A DNA stretch of 62,919 nt, the filler included, from Rhabdomonas costata (taxonomy: Eukaryota), in assembly GCA_019059605.1 (NCBI GenBank). It is 43 parts of 43 records of this genome, joined end to end, with 100 filler letters (N's around TTAATTAATTAA, not from the genome) between each part and the next. Parts side by side here need not be neighbours in the genome. Positions count along the whole stretch, not along the records: positions 1 to 1,373 come from JAHMHO010017887.1; positions 1,474 to 2,844 come from JAHMHO010017888.1; positions 2,945 to 4,319 come from JAHMHO010017889.1; positions 4,420 to 5,538 come from JAHMHO010017890.1; positions 5,639 to 7,011 come from JAHMHO010017891.1; positions 7,112 to 8,484 come from JAHMHO010017892.1; positions 8,585 to 9,955 come from JAHMHO010017893.1; positions 10,056 to 11,428 come from JAHMHO010017894.1; 35 more parts are not named here. One strand, 5' to 3'. Below, piece after piece: positions 1 through 11,189 of this stretch. The position numbers and the translations under genes were made by a program. The stretch's first letter is position 1. Every line of letters starts with the position of its first letter. The notes under the pieces are model-generated. The model was not told where the DNA came from, ran no database searches, and worked only from the letters and a program-made list of their open reading frames with translations.

Positions 1-1373
1 TGTTTTTGTGGCGCGATTGAATACAAACCAACCAACTCATCTCAGAGCCCGAACGCATCACTCTAGCTCGAGTTCTGAGGTCAACGGTAGTCTCCGTAGT
101 TCCTTCCAGAACAGCGATAAGAGAAACCCCCTCCGTGCCCTGAATGCGAATTTGCTGAGTCTTGGGAGCGTCAGCGGCTATGGAGCAGCTGAAACGCGCA
201 AGGATTCCATCGGACTTGAACGTGCTGTTGAACTGCAGGTCGACCCCGTCCTTGTACTCGGCCACCTCGGCTTCCTCCGGCAGGGCTCGGGGAAGGAGGT
301 CCATGATTGCAGCGACCATATAACAGCCCAGAGGTGAGGGCTCCCCCGTACCGCTCCGGATGCATGGCACACGTCTCCTCGCGAGCGGCGATGGGATGGG
401 AGTACGTCGTCTCGAAGCTCACAATGTCCCCAATAGCCCGGGAGGAAATCAGTGTTGCAATCCTTTTCATCAGCGGGAGATACAGAAAGCCCATCCCCTC
501 GGCGATGTGAACGTTGTTCAGTTTAGACTCGTTGAACATCTGGCGGGCTTCGACCACGGTTAGCGCCGCGGGCTTCTCTACCAGCACATGCTTTCCCGCC
601 TTCATCGCCTCCACGGCAAATTGGGCGTGCATGTCGTTTGGGAGGGGGATGTAAACCGCAGTTACGCGGCGGTCCCTGAGAAGCGCGTGGTAGTCTCCGT
701 AGCACGCAATCGAGCCCTTTGACTTTGTCAGAGAATCAGGGTCAGCTAGGCCACTCTTAAATCTCTCCGCCTTTTCTAAGTCTCGGCTTGCAATGGCAAC
801 CAAAGTGCTACTGAAACTTTCAGAGATGGCAGCCAGAAACTTCCCTGCAATCTGCGCCGTGCTAAGGATGCCCCAGTGTAGCCGCCCATCAACAGTGCTC
901 GGGGTTGGGGTTGTGCTCCCCACACTGACTTGAAGTGACCCCGGTGCGCCAGTGGAAGGGTCTGCAAACCCGCAGAAGGCGACAAGAAGTTGCCGAATCA
1001 GGTCCACCGTTATGTTCAGCAGGTGCTGTCTCTGAGTATTCCTCTGCTTAGCAAGGTCATCTCCGGAAATCCTAGCCGCATCTCGGACGTTGCGGACATA
1101 GTCCGTAGTGCGGTGAATCGCTTGGAAGTACCGATAGCATCCATCAGCTTCTTTAGCACGAGCAGCCTCCACGGGAAACCACACCGTCTCATTGTCGATC
1201 GACAGAAGAGGCGGAAAACTGGACTTGTCATTGTCTGAAATGTGCAGCATCTTCTTAGCCAAGTCATAGTGTAGGTAACGGTATGCATAGTGCGCGATGA
1301 GAGCGTTGGCTTCCTCCGGGTTCTCAACCCTGCTCTCCATCCTCATCAACCGCGCCTGCTCGAAACAAACCCC
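1..1373 (-). CDS. Gfo/Idh/MocA-family oxidoreductase with unknown N-terminal domain; partial, frameshifted near 332
   Basis: ORF 171..1349 contains LHWGILSTAQIA, AVYIPLPNDMH, AGKHVLVEKP and YGGALT. The expected continuation LGCYMVAAIMDLL...DGVDLQF...IRIQGTEG lies in another frame below 332. Confidence 0.9.
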
Positions 1374-1473
1374 NNNNNNNNNNNNNNNNNNNNNNNNNNN
1401 NNNNNNNNNNNNNNNNNTTAATTAATTAANNNNNNNNNNNNNNNNNNNNNNNNNNNNNNNNNNNNNNNNNNNN
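1374..1473. other. Artificial contig-joining linker (first of 42 copies; last at 61449..61548)
   Basis: N44-TTAATTAATTAA-N44 recurs about every 1.47 kb. The core gives TAA in all six frames and the flanking sequences are unrelated. Confidence 0.99.
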
Positions 1474-2596
1474 GGGTGTGTGGTTTTACTGCAGACGGCA
1501 TCCACCGATGCAGGGCATACCCCACAAGCACATACACATACACATATGCAGTGATTTTCGAGGTGCCCTGTTGGTCTCCGGTTCAACCGGCCCTAACTAA
1601 TTCCACTTGATCCAGGGATTGCCGAGTAGTTGCATTCTGACCTAAGGGAGGCCTAAGGAAGTGCTGTTGCGCAAAAGTTCGAAGCCTACCCAGGGGATGA
1701 CCCCCAGCTGGCCCAGCCCCGAACCCATCGGTTTCCTTCACTGGTTTCTTCAGGTCCTTCCCTTGAAGGGCCTCCGGTTCGGCACCGCGGACACGGTGCG
1801 CGCCTCCCTCCCCACGGGCACCCTCTCGGTGTGTCTGCAGCCTCATCCTGGGCCAGACCTGCCCCCTCGGGTGCCCTGCGTTAAGGCGCTATCCCCCCAC
1901 GGCAGTGGACGAGCTCGATTGTGCTCGTGGGCGGTCTGCCTGCGAAGGCTTTGGGCTCAGAGGGCCCGCATTTTTGCACCCTCTAGCTCTATCGCCCCAG
2001 CAGTGCCCTGTAGCTCCAGCTGCTGCTGCACACTAGAGGTCTCTCCGCGGCTATGCTAATCACCCGTTCCCACCTCCACCCCCGATATCGCTCCAAATGC
2101 ATGAGGCAAAAGCGTGAGCCGTCACGCACAGCTCGTCTGCCTTTTTGCAGGCACCCTTACCCAATGACTCTGCTCATGTGGTTTTTTTTTCAAGTTCATC
2201 CTGACCTTCAGTTTCCTTTTGCTTTTTCAGCGGCCCTACACATCATTTCTTTTGGGGATTCTCTCGGCATCCATGAAGAAATGGATCTGCCAGTGGCCGC
2301 AGCAACAGCAGCAGCGGTGGCAGTCATGAGATGCCTATCTTTCTGTCTAGCTCCATTGGCTGGTGCGAAATGAGTAACCCTCTTCTTTGCTCTTCTTTGC
2401 GCTGCGGCACTACCCTAGTTTCCTTGGGTGGTGAATATTCTATTCAGGCTCATTGCGTTCTTTTTTACTATTCTGTCCTCTCCGCTTCTACCAGTGCGCG
2501 GTCACTGTCATCCCGATTGCATCTTGATTTGGACCGGGTACACTTCATTAGTCCTTGTGTCATTCCTTTCTTTATTTCTCTCTTGCTCAGTGTTGC

Positions 2597-2838
2597 TTTT
2601 TCTGTATACAGCGTATCATTGTGTTCCTATGTCATTGTGCATCACTTATCATATCATTGGTTTTTTGATATATACTGCTGACCTGTCCTTTCGATGGCGG
2701 AGCTCTTTTTGAGCAAATGAGACAGCAGCAGCCTCAGCCATCGAAAGGACAGGTCAGCAGTATATATCAAAAAACCAATGATATGATAAGTGATGCACAA
2801 TGACATAGGAACACAATGATACGCTGTATACAGAAAAA
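2597..2838. repeat. Perfect inverted repeat (102-bp arms, 38-nt spacer) at contig end; probable amplification fold-back
   Basis: 2597..2698 is the exact reverse complement of 2737..2838. The contig ends 6 nt later in C/A-only sequence. Confidence 0.95.
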
Positions 2839-5638
2839 CCAACANNNNNNNNNNNNNNNNNNNNNNNNNNNNNNNNNNNNNNNNNNNNTTAATTAATTAA
2901 NNNNNNNNNNNNNNNNNNNNNNNNNNNNNNNNNNNNNNNNNNNNGAACAAAGGGAGGAGGGGACTCTGCGGCGGGGGCGGCCGAGGAGCTGACACTGCTT
3001 TCCTGAGTCGGGAGGCATTCATTCGAAAAAAAAAAGTGGTGATCACTGAGCGAATATGAAAGGCACAGAGAGACTTGGACATGACAAAAGAGGGGAGAAA
3101 ACGCTTCAGTGCACGGCCTCCAATAGGAAGGGGCTCAACGGTGGCATGGGATGGACTTACCTGAACTCAAAACTGCACTCTGCTTGCTGGGTGACTTCCC
3201 GGATCCAGCTGCGCCCCGTGGAAATTGAGCCGGACCGGAGCACCTGGCACAGTATCATAACTTGAGCTCGACTGGTCAGGGCCCACACATGTAAAACGTC
3301 TGAGTTTGGGTTTACTGGCCCGTTTCCAGCTGCCTCTCTTCGCCCCGTTATGTCATCATGACAGGTTGATTTTTCTTTTTACTTCAAAAGCTGATGTTTA
3401 TGTTCCCAACAATCATCATAACAGTAGATAAACACAACATGGGCATTTAGTGTGAAAAAGTGTGATGTTTATGTTGGTTCTCTCTGTATTTACGAATGCG
3501 GTGCATTTAGAAGGAAAGTGGTGAATGTGGATATCAATGGAATGAAGGAATGCAAGGAATGCCTTTCTGCGTTCCACGATATTACGTCTGTCGCAAAGAA
3601 CCATAATTCAACCCCGGCCACTGACCTTTCCGGTTCCGGTTACATTCACCCTTTTTGGAGTAGGGTGGAAGCAGTCCTCCCTCCCTCCACCCGTTTCCGC
3701 ATGGACCCCTGAGACCGACAGTGAAGACAGATGGATGTTGTTGGAAGACCCCCCCAAAAAAACGACAAAAAGAGGAACTCATGTACACATGCACCCACTC
3801 TTCACCCACATGGAATGCTCAAGTTGGTTCGAGGTTCAAGGAAGAGTGAAGAGAGGACTACAGACTAGTACAAAAGAGACCAACGGCGGAAGGCAAGACG
3901 GGGCAAGATGATCACGTGGTGGAAGTCGGTGAGCAAAAAAAAAAGGTCGGAAGTTTGTTAAACAGCACACAGCCAGCCTCGATGGAAAAAAATGGAGGCG
4001 GTGGGTGCATAGCAAAAATCAAAAATTGCGCACAAAAAAGAGTAGGGAACAAGACAACCCAAAGGGAGGGAGAGGAGTCTACGCGGCGCCGGAAGCGGGA
4101 GGTAAGAAAAAGTACGAAGGGGACAGTGGGCGGACTCAAGTCGCACATCACTCCATCCCGCTTCAGCGGCCTTCTCCCTCGCTCACACTACCACTCAAGG
4201 GGATTGCAATAAAACAAAGCACAAGCAGAATGCCTTCCCTCGGAACGCTCCATCCCGACCTGCGCAAAGAACGCAAGGGAAAAAAACACTCGAATGCGGG
4301 TCTGCATCCACAACAACAANNNNNNNNNNNNNNNNNNNNNNNNNNNNNNNNNNNNNNNNNNNNTTAATTAATTAANNNNNNNNNNNNNNNNNNNNNNNNN
4401 NNNNNNNNNNNNNNNNNNNGGGAACAATTTACATCGCCTCCTACCTATTTCCAGCCCTTTATCGGAGTCCCAGGGGACAGGTGTTGGAAAATAGCCGATG
4501 AGAGAGGGCCCAAAAAAACTTGGTCCGGAGGGGGAGTGAGACAGCTCCGCCGAAAAGCATAAATTTATGTACATGAAAACGTAGAGCGGAATGAAAGCAT
4601 AAAAAACGTTTCAGATGACAGAGCCACATCTACACATCAGGTCAGTACGGGGGGTGTCGCCCCGCTCTTCCCATGCAGCCACAATTCACACCTCGCCATG
4701 CTCCTGGATTGCCCACTGCTGGATGGTATTGAACTGCTGCAGGGCCATCGCTGCGGATGGAGGAGGGCGCTTGCCGACAATTCGCCGCGCAGCTTCCATC
4801 CAAGCCATCACAAACTCCTAAGAAAACAAACAATCAATGTGAAAGACCACGCATGTTAACAGGTAAGGGTGCAGCAGCAAAACCATAATACCTGGGACGT
4901 CTCCCCCAGCTTTACGACGACAACAGGCGGGGGCAATATTTTGCAGATCGGGCCGGTGCGGATTCTCTGGTGGAAACGCAGTTTTTTTTTTCACTTTTTG
5001 GAGGGACTTTGATCAAGTAAAAATTCACCACAAGGTTTGGTTTCCTTTTCCTTTTTCACAGACCCTTGTGACCTTCTCAGCTGAGTGATGGCGCACGAGG
5101 TGTTGGGTCCTGTCGGATATTTGATGATAATACTCGCTCCATTGATGGGAAGAGAGGGTCCCGTCTTAAGCTCGTAGAGGCCGTGTGATGTGTGGTGGGC
5201 AGAATGGGCTGCAGCCTCTGTGGGTGGTGGTGAGGGCGCGCAACTCGGCCCACTCGTTGTCTGAAGACCGTTCACGGTACGGCGCGAACAAACAGAGGTG
5301 GAGAAAAGTGAGTAACACACACAAAGAGGGACGTATCTTGCGCAGACATGCATCAAGAAAAGAACAAATCTACAAGGAGGAAACAGAAAGGAAAGAGCAG
5401 GATGCGGAGAGGGGAGAGGGCGAGTACTTGGGGTGACCCTGCTGGAGAGCCGGCCGGACTTTCGGGAGGTCACCGGGATGTCCACGTGGGGGCCTGAGTT
5501 CACCTCCGCGACTTCCAGAAGGCTGCGGGAGCGCGGCANNNNNNNNNNNNNNNNNNNNNNNNNNNNNNNNNNNNNNNNNNNNTTAATTAATTAANNNNNN
5601 NNNNNNNNNNNNNNNNNNNNNNNNNNNNNNNNNNNNNN

Positions 5639-6700
5639 GGGGGGTGCCTGGCCACGGTAATCAACAGCAAGATGGAGGTGGATTCCCTGCAGACGCTGAT
5701 GGCGACGTACCAGCTGAGCCAGAACGAGGGCTTTGCGATTGTGTGGTACGCCTCTGATATGACCGTGGTGAACCCCGGCCTGACGGGGTGAACGTTTAGA
5801 GGGTGGTGAAGAGCTACGTGCCGAGAAGAACGTGACCTGGTTTGATTTGTCCCTGGCAAATTAAAATATATTTTTTTCGTGCAATGCAGCAAGCCAGACG
5901 ATCTCGGTTTGGAGGTCCTGTCCCGAGCCTGCGGATTGCTGCACGCAGTTTGCCGTTTTTGGGAAATTGCTTTGGGTCGCCCTCGCATTTTTCTGCCATT
6001 GGCTGGCTGCTGCTGCGGCTACCGTCCCTTCCTCTACAGGAGTGCTGAGCGAGTGAATAGTGAATGAAAGATGAAATGCTGCAATTTTCGCCATTGGTTT
6101 TCTTGCGAAAGCCTCCGTTTTTCTACAAACACGCAACTGCCACCCCAAAACACGTGTCAACAAATTTGAAAATGCTGGAGAGAGAGAGAGAGAGGGAGGG
6201 AGAGGGAGGGAAAAAGCACAATCAGAAGCTCTCTGTTCGGTTTTTTCCACGAGGCGCAGGATGGAGGTGGGAGGGCGGATGGGTGAAAAAGTGTGGGGTG
6301 GGTGCCCAATATGTGCGCCTTGGGAAGGTTGGGTTTCTGCTTTGTGCTCTGTGCGGTAGAATACAGTGAGGACCCCACCTTCCTCCCTTGTGCGGCCTTT
6401 ACCTCCACTACGGTGGACCGGAAGGACACGATGCGGAAGTTCGGCACTAGCGGGGCCTCCGGGGGCACCTTTGTGCAGCCCCAGCTTCGCGACGCCCGCG
6501 ACACCAGCGCCTTCTCGGCCTTCCCGGAGCGCGAGAGACTTTTGCTGCCCAACGCCACCTTTGAGGTGGTGCAGGCCCTGCCCTACCGTCAGACCCTGGA
6601 GTTCTTCGAGCTGGCGGGGGTTTCCGCTGGGACTTTCCGGCCAACACCGACATGATCACGTTGCAACAAGTGCAACAAGTAGACTCCAGCGATCGGGAAG
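5639..6700 (+). CDS. R-S-E class ADP-ribosyltransferase domain, split and probably degenerate
   Basis: First segment LSQNEGFAIVWY (5639..5787), FLYRS near 6030..6045, then exon from 6360 AAFTSTT...GTFV...SAFPERERLLLPNATFEVV. The tail FPANTDMITLQQV is shifted at a G5 run near 6616-6620. Confidence 0.75.
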
Positions 6701-7318
6701 TTTCGGATGCCCAGCTCGGGCTAAGTCCCGCCACACCTTTCTGTCACGCTTTTGTGCAGCCTAAGTTTTTTTTAAGGAGTTTTGTCGGATCCCCTACCAG
6801 CTTATCCCCGTTCCTTCCTTCCGACCATCCTAACCCACCCACTCCACCCACACCACAGCCGCCAGCTTCTTCCACTCTGTGGCTCCGAGCAATCCCCCGC
6901 TCTTCTTGTTTCTTTTCGTTGTTTTTTCATCCGACAGAGTGAGACGGATCGAGGCAGTCACCTCACCTCACCTATCCCGAAATAAAAACCAAACCAACCA
7001 CACCCAACACCNNNNNNNNNNNNNNNNNNNNNNNNNNNNNNNNNNNNNNNNNNNNTTAATTAATTAANNNNNNNNNNNNNNNNNNNNNNNNNNNNNNNNN
7101 NNNNNNNNNNNGGGTTGTTTGAAAATCGGCTTTCTCCTACGTTTTGTTCAATATGTTCAATTGTTATGTTCAATTGTTTGGTTTTTAATATTTCCATTTC
7201 AGAATTGTCGCATTACCTGTGATGATGGCTTGTGTACTTGATACAGTTGGTGCCTGGTGGGAAATACTTGGCAAGAATCGAAAACAAACAGCAGCAGATT
7301 TCTGCTTGCTATCTGCAG

Positions 7319-8484
7319 GTTCCATCCGTGGGAATCGGTTGCTTGGTCTTTGTAGACGCTGGTAGCACAGGCACCCGTTTTCATATGTACGGTTACAAGC
7401 CTGTCTGGAATGTTTCAGCGGAGATCCATTCATTCGTGGTTGACCATGTTTGGACCAAATCTCTGGACATTCCTCTGCACACGGCGCTGAATTGGTCCGC
7501 CGGCGAAGTTCGGGTTTGCCTGTGTGTTCTTGTAACGGGAACGGGTCCTTGCCATGGGGACTTCAACCAGAAGTTTGGAACCGCGTTTTCCCGATCCATT
7601 CTGAGTGAACTGAAATATCCGAATTTTTGAAGAGTTCCGTCAGATCGGAACACTTCTGAGATTCAGTGAAATTCTGTCATCTTGGCCTCCTTGCATCATC
7701 TTGTTTCATGGGTGCCAATCTTGGGTCTCCTGAGATTTCTGATGCAGTGTAACTTTTAACGGCAAAACTTTGAAATCAAACCCAAAACCTGTTCAGTGTT
7801 TTCTACTCATTTTTTCCTGTCGCTCATGCGGAGAGAAACACTTGATCGGCTTTTGTTTTGGTCAGAGCACGTTTTCGCCGCTATTTCGGCATGTCCTTTC
7901 TACTGCTGGGCCGGTGGCACCTTGGTGTCGGCTATTCGTTTGGGGCACTGGAGGAATGCGAGCCCTCCCTCCCGAACAACAGACAGCCATTTACGGCAAG
8001 GTACGGCAAGCCCTTCTTAGCTTTGCTTCTGTGCATGGTTTTTCTCTTTGCTTTCCTTTTCCTCTCACGACATCCTTCCCGAACACACACACAGAAAACG
8101 CACTGTGTGCCTCTTTTTTCCTTCGTATCTATTGCGCAGACTAGTTTTTGCACACGGTACTTGGTGCGAAACCACCACTTTCCAGTGTTACCATGGACAA
8201 GCTCCCTAGTACAGTGAATGGGGAGGAGCCTGAAAACCCCGTCGTCGCCGTGCTTGGCTGTGACCGATCAAGACCACTTTTGAGACCAAAAACCGAGTTC
8301 AGAGGACATGTGAAAATTGTGAAGTTGTTTGACGTTTGCCGCCAGCAGTCTCCAGCAGTCAAAGAACACAGAAACGCTTCTAGATTATTTGGCATTTGCT
8401 TTTTCAGGTCTTCTCTCTGGCGTCAGTTTTTGCTCCAAAGATCCGGACTTTCCCGGCCGCTCTGCGAACAATTTCTGGAGACGA
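7319..8484 (+). CDS. GDA1/CD39 nucleoside phosphatase (NTPDase/apyrase), 3 exons, partial
   Basis: Exon 7319..7507 or 7513 has ACR1 VDAGSTGTRFHMY; 7866..8000 has ACR2-like GTGGMRAL; 8408..8484 has ACR3 start RTISGD. GT-AG boundaries with consistent phase 0. Confidence 0.9.
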
Positions 8485-8989
8485 NNNNNNNNNNNNNNNN
8501 NNNNNNNNNNNNNNNNNNNNNNNNNNNNTTAATTAATTAANNNNNNNNNNNNNNNNNNNNNNNNNNNNNNNNNNNNNNNNNNNNTGTTTTGGTGGTCGCA
8601 GCTTGCAGAACACTGAACAGCGTGAGTTGCATGCCAGCTGGCGTGAACCGATAAGGCGTAAGAAGGGGTGCCGCCCTGTACTTCTGAACAGGTGACATCT
8701 GCTGCGCAGTAATGGCGTGATTTAGACAGCGTGAGGAAGTTAGTGAGAAACACAGTGGCTGGGCGGGAGGGGAGGTAGGCCTGAAGGTGGAGTCGAGAAG
8801 GTTGGAGCCACGTGTCCTTTTCATTCTGCATGTGAACCAGTCAAACAGAAGTCGCCAGTTGGTGTTGCACCTTTGTTTCACTGAGGGCGGTTGGCCCCAA
8901 CCGTAGTCACCTCAAAGCGAAGGGAAACTGATGTGCAGGGAGAGAGGCAATTGCAATTGCAATTTTTTTTGCCTGCGTCTGTGTTGCAG

Positions 8990-9171
8990 GGCTCACCGCA
9001 ATGCGGATTAGCCATACCTTTGGCGAGCGGTATCCCGACAGCGACTGGTCGGTCTTCATGCACCACGTCACAGAGTCCGACCTGAGCTATGTCTACGATG
9101 GCTACCTGCAGTGGGTATACAAGGGCCGCCGCTACATCCTGATCCGCCTCGCCAAGCCGCTGGACTTCTGA
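8990..9171 (+). CDS. Terminal coding exon of a small protein, weakly dynein light chain LC8-like
   Basis: Pyrimidine tract plus CAG acceptor at 8989, then LTAMRISHTFGERYPDSDWSVFMHHVTESDLSYVYDGYLQWVYKGRRYILIRLAKPLDF-stop with strong GC3 bias. Missed by the ORF track because it has no qualifying start. Confidence 0.55.
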
Positions 9172-10261
9172 GCGTTCTTTTTTTCCCACTCACTCCAACG
9201 CTTTTCCTCCATCTTCACAGCACTCATGCGGGTAAAACAACCTGGGGTGGATGAGGTGGAGGCACCTGGACTCCTTGTGGAAGATTTTGGGGTCAACTGA
9301 GGGAAAGAGATAGTGAGAGAGAGGGGAGCAGAGATGACCAACTTCATCCGTCGCTGTGGGAGAGATGCTTTCCATTTGCTGAAATGGGGCGGGCAGTGGA
9401 AGGTGGGGGAGGTGCTCAAGGGATGAGAAGATGATAGATGTAAGTGGAGGAGGTGAGTCGAGTGTGGCGGGGAGCGGAGAGCGGGGAGATGGGCAAACCC
9501 AGAGGAGGGCCAGGGGTGCAGGAACGGCAGGCAGGAGTGATCGTCCTTTTCTTGGGGGTTGGGGGCACGACATGTCTGTGGCCGCACTGTAGCACTGTTC
9601 TTCGCTGTGGCGCTTCCTTTCTGGGCTTCATTGTCTGGTGATCTCTCTAGAGAAAGATGCAAACCTGCTGTATTGTTTTTGAATTCCGACCAGTGAATTC
9701 CGACCAGTAATCATCATTTTTGCGCGTGTGTTAGTTTATGGTATTCAATTTTAACCCCTCTGTATTCTTTTTATTTCAAGGAATTTCCGGGTGCCCCGAC
9801 ACTTCACTCCCGATTTCCGGTTTCAGCCTTCAGATAAACAGCGGGGGGCTTTCCAGCAGCGTTGACATTAGGATGCATTTCATCCATGAAAAGCCGTAAT
9901 GTCTCTGCTTAGTTAATGCTCCTGTCCAGGCGGTGACGGGTTATTACACCACAACNNNNNNNNNNNNNNNNNNNNNNNNNNNNNNNNNNNNNNNNNNNNT
10001 TAATTAATTAANNNNNNNNNNNNNNNNNNNNNNNNNNNNNNNNNNNNNNNNNNNNGGTTGTGTGGACCGGGGACAGAAACCGACTGCGCCTGAGGCTCTT
10101 CACTGCTGTCATGTGCAGGTTTGTTTCGCTGAGGAAGTTCGCCTTTGGTTTTCTTGTCTTCGCGCGCGCTTGCGTGTGTGAAAACTCGAAAACAATCACA
10201 CACTTCAGAAAGCCGGCAAACATACCACCACTGGTGCTTGAAAAGTCCGCGAAAAGACATA

Positions 10262-11189
10262 CCCCAAAGCCACCGTCCTCAGAAACCAGCGTCACCCGCA
10301 GACCCTCGCCCTGCGAAAGCGCCTGGAAGTCCAGACGCGTCGACGGCAGGTCCCCGTGCGCCGCGCAGCAGTTCTGCACCACAGGCACCTTCAGCGCGGC
10401 CCGCACCGCGGCCATGCCCTCGCGGCGGACGTGAATTTGGTGGCAGTGGGGCCCGGCCTGGCATCTGCCGTCAAAATGCATTATACATACCGAAGACAAA
10501 GTGAGAAAATAGTTAATGAAAAACATGACGTACATGAGTGAGCGTTCCACTTCGAGAGGTCATGTACTCAACGGCTTGCGAATGGTGGCGCAGCCGGGCA
10601 TCTTTCTTACGCATCAAGATCCAGTGTTCAACCGAAGGCGCGTTTCAAATGGCACTGGAACGCTATCTTTTTGTACTGCAAGGCTCGTGTACTCGGGAGA
10701 ACTAATGATAACTCAGTGAAACTCATGATAATGCGATGAGTCAGAAGCCCCCCCCCATCACTTTTGTCACCTTTCGGTTTCGTTAACTTGACCCAACTGA
10801 CCCTCCAATAAATCTCCAAACGTTGGAAACCCTATTTTCGGTAATGAGCGCACAAGCGTAAAATTTATCGAGCATGAATGAAGCTATTGTGATCCAAACC
10901 TCACAAAACTCCTTCCGTGCCCCAACACAAGCGCCACCCAAAGCAAGAACGTGAAGGCTCTGACACACCTCTGGGCCTGGTACAGCAGGCACAGCGAGGG
11001 CGGGTGGGAGTCCGCCTTGGCGGAGTATACGTGGCACCGCCCCAGCCCCAGCGTAAGCTCTACCCAGGTCTTGGGCAGCCACAGCCGCCCATACGCCTTC
11101 AGTTCCGGGTCCAGTACAGGGATGGCCTCAGAGCTGGGCTGGAACAGGCTGGAAACCGGAAGCACCGTTGCTGCACTGTTGGCCGACAT
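10262..11189 (-). CDS. Multi-exon gene of unknown function (partial)
   Basis: GC-rich open segments MSANS...LYQAQ (about 10969..11189) and AGPHCHQIHV...EDGGFG (about 10262..10458) end in GT donors. Phases do not join directly, so the structure is incomplete. Confidence 0.45.

Noticed and set aside
2331-2842. Duplicated peptide FLYTAYHCVPMSLCITYHIIG in opposite-strand ORFs
   Set aside because: A by-product of the inverted repeat in non-coding sequence.
9680-9708. Small tandem duplications (14 bp here; also about 25526..25565 and 45393..45428)
   Set aside because: Ordinary slippage duplications with two or three units and no spacers.
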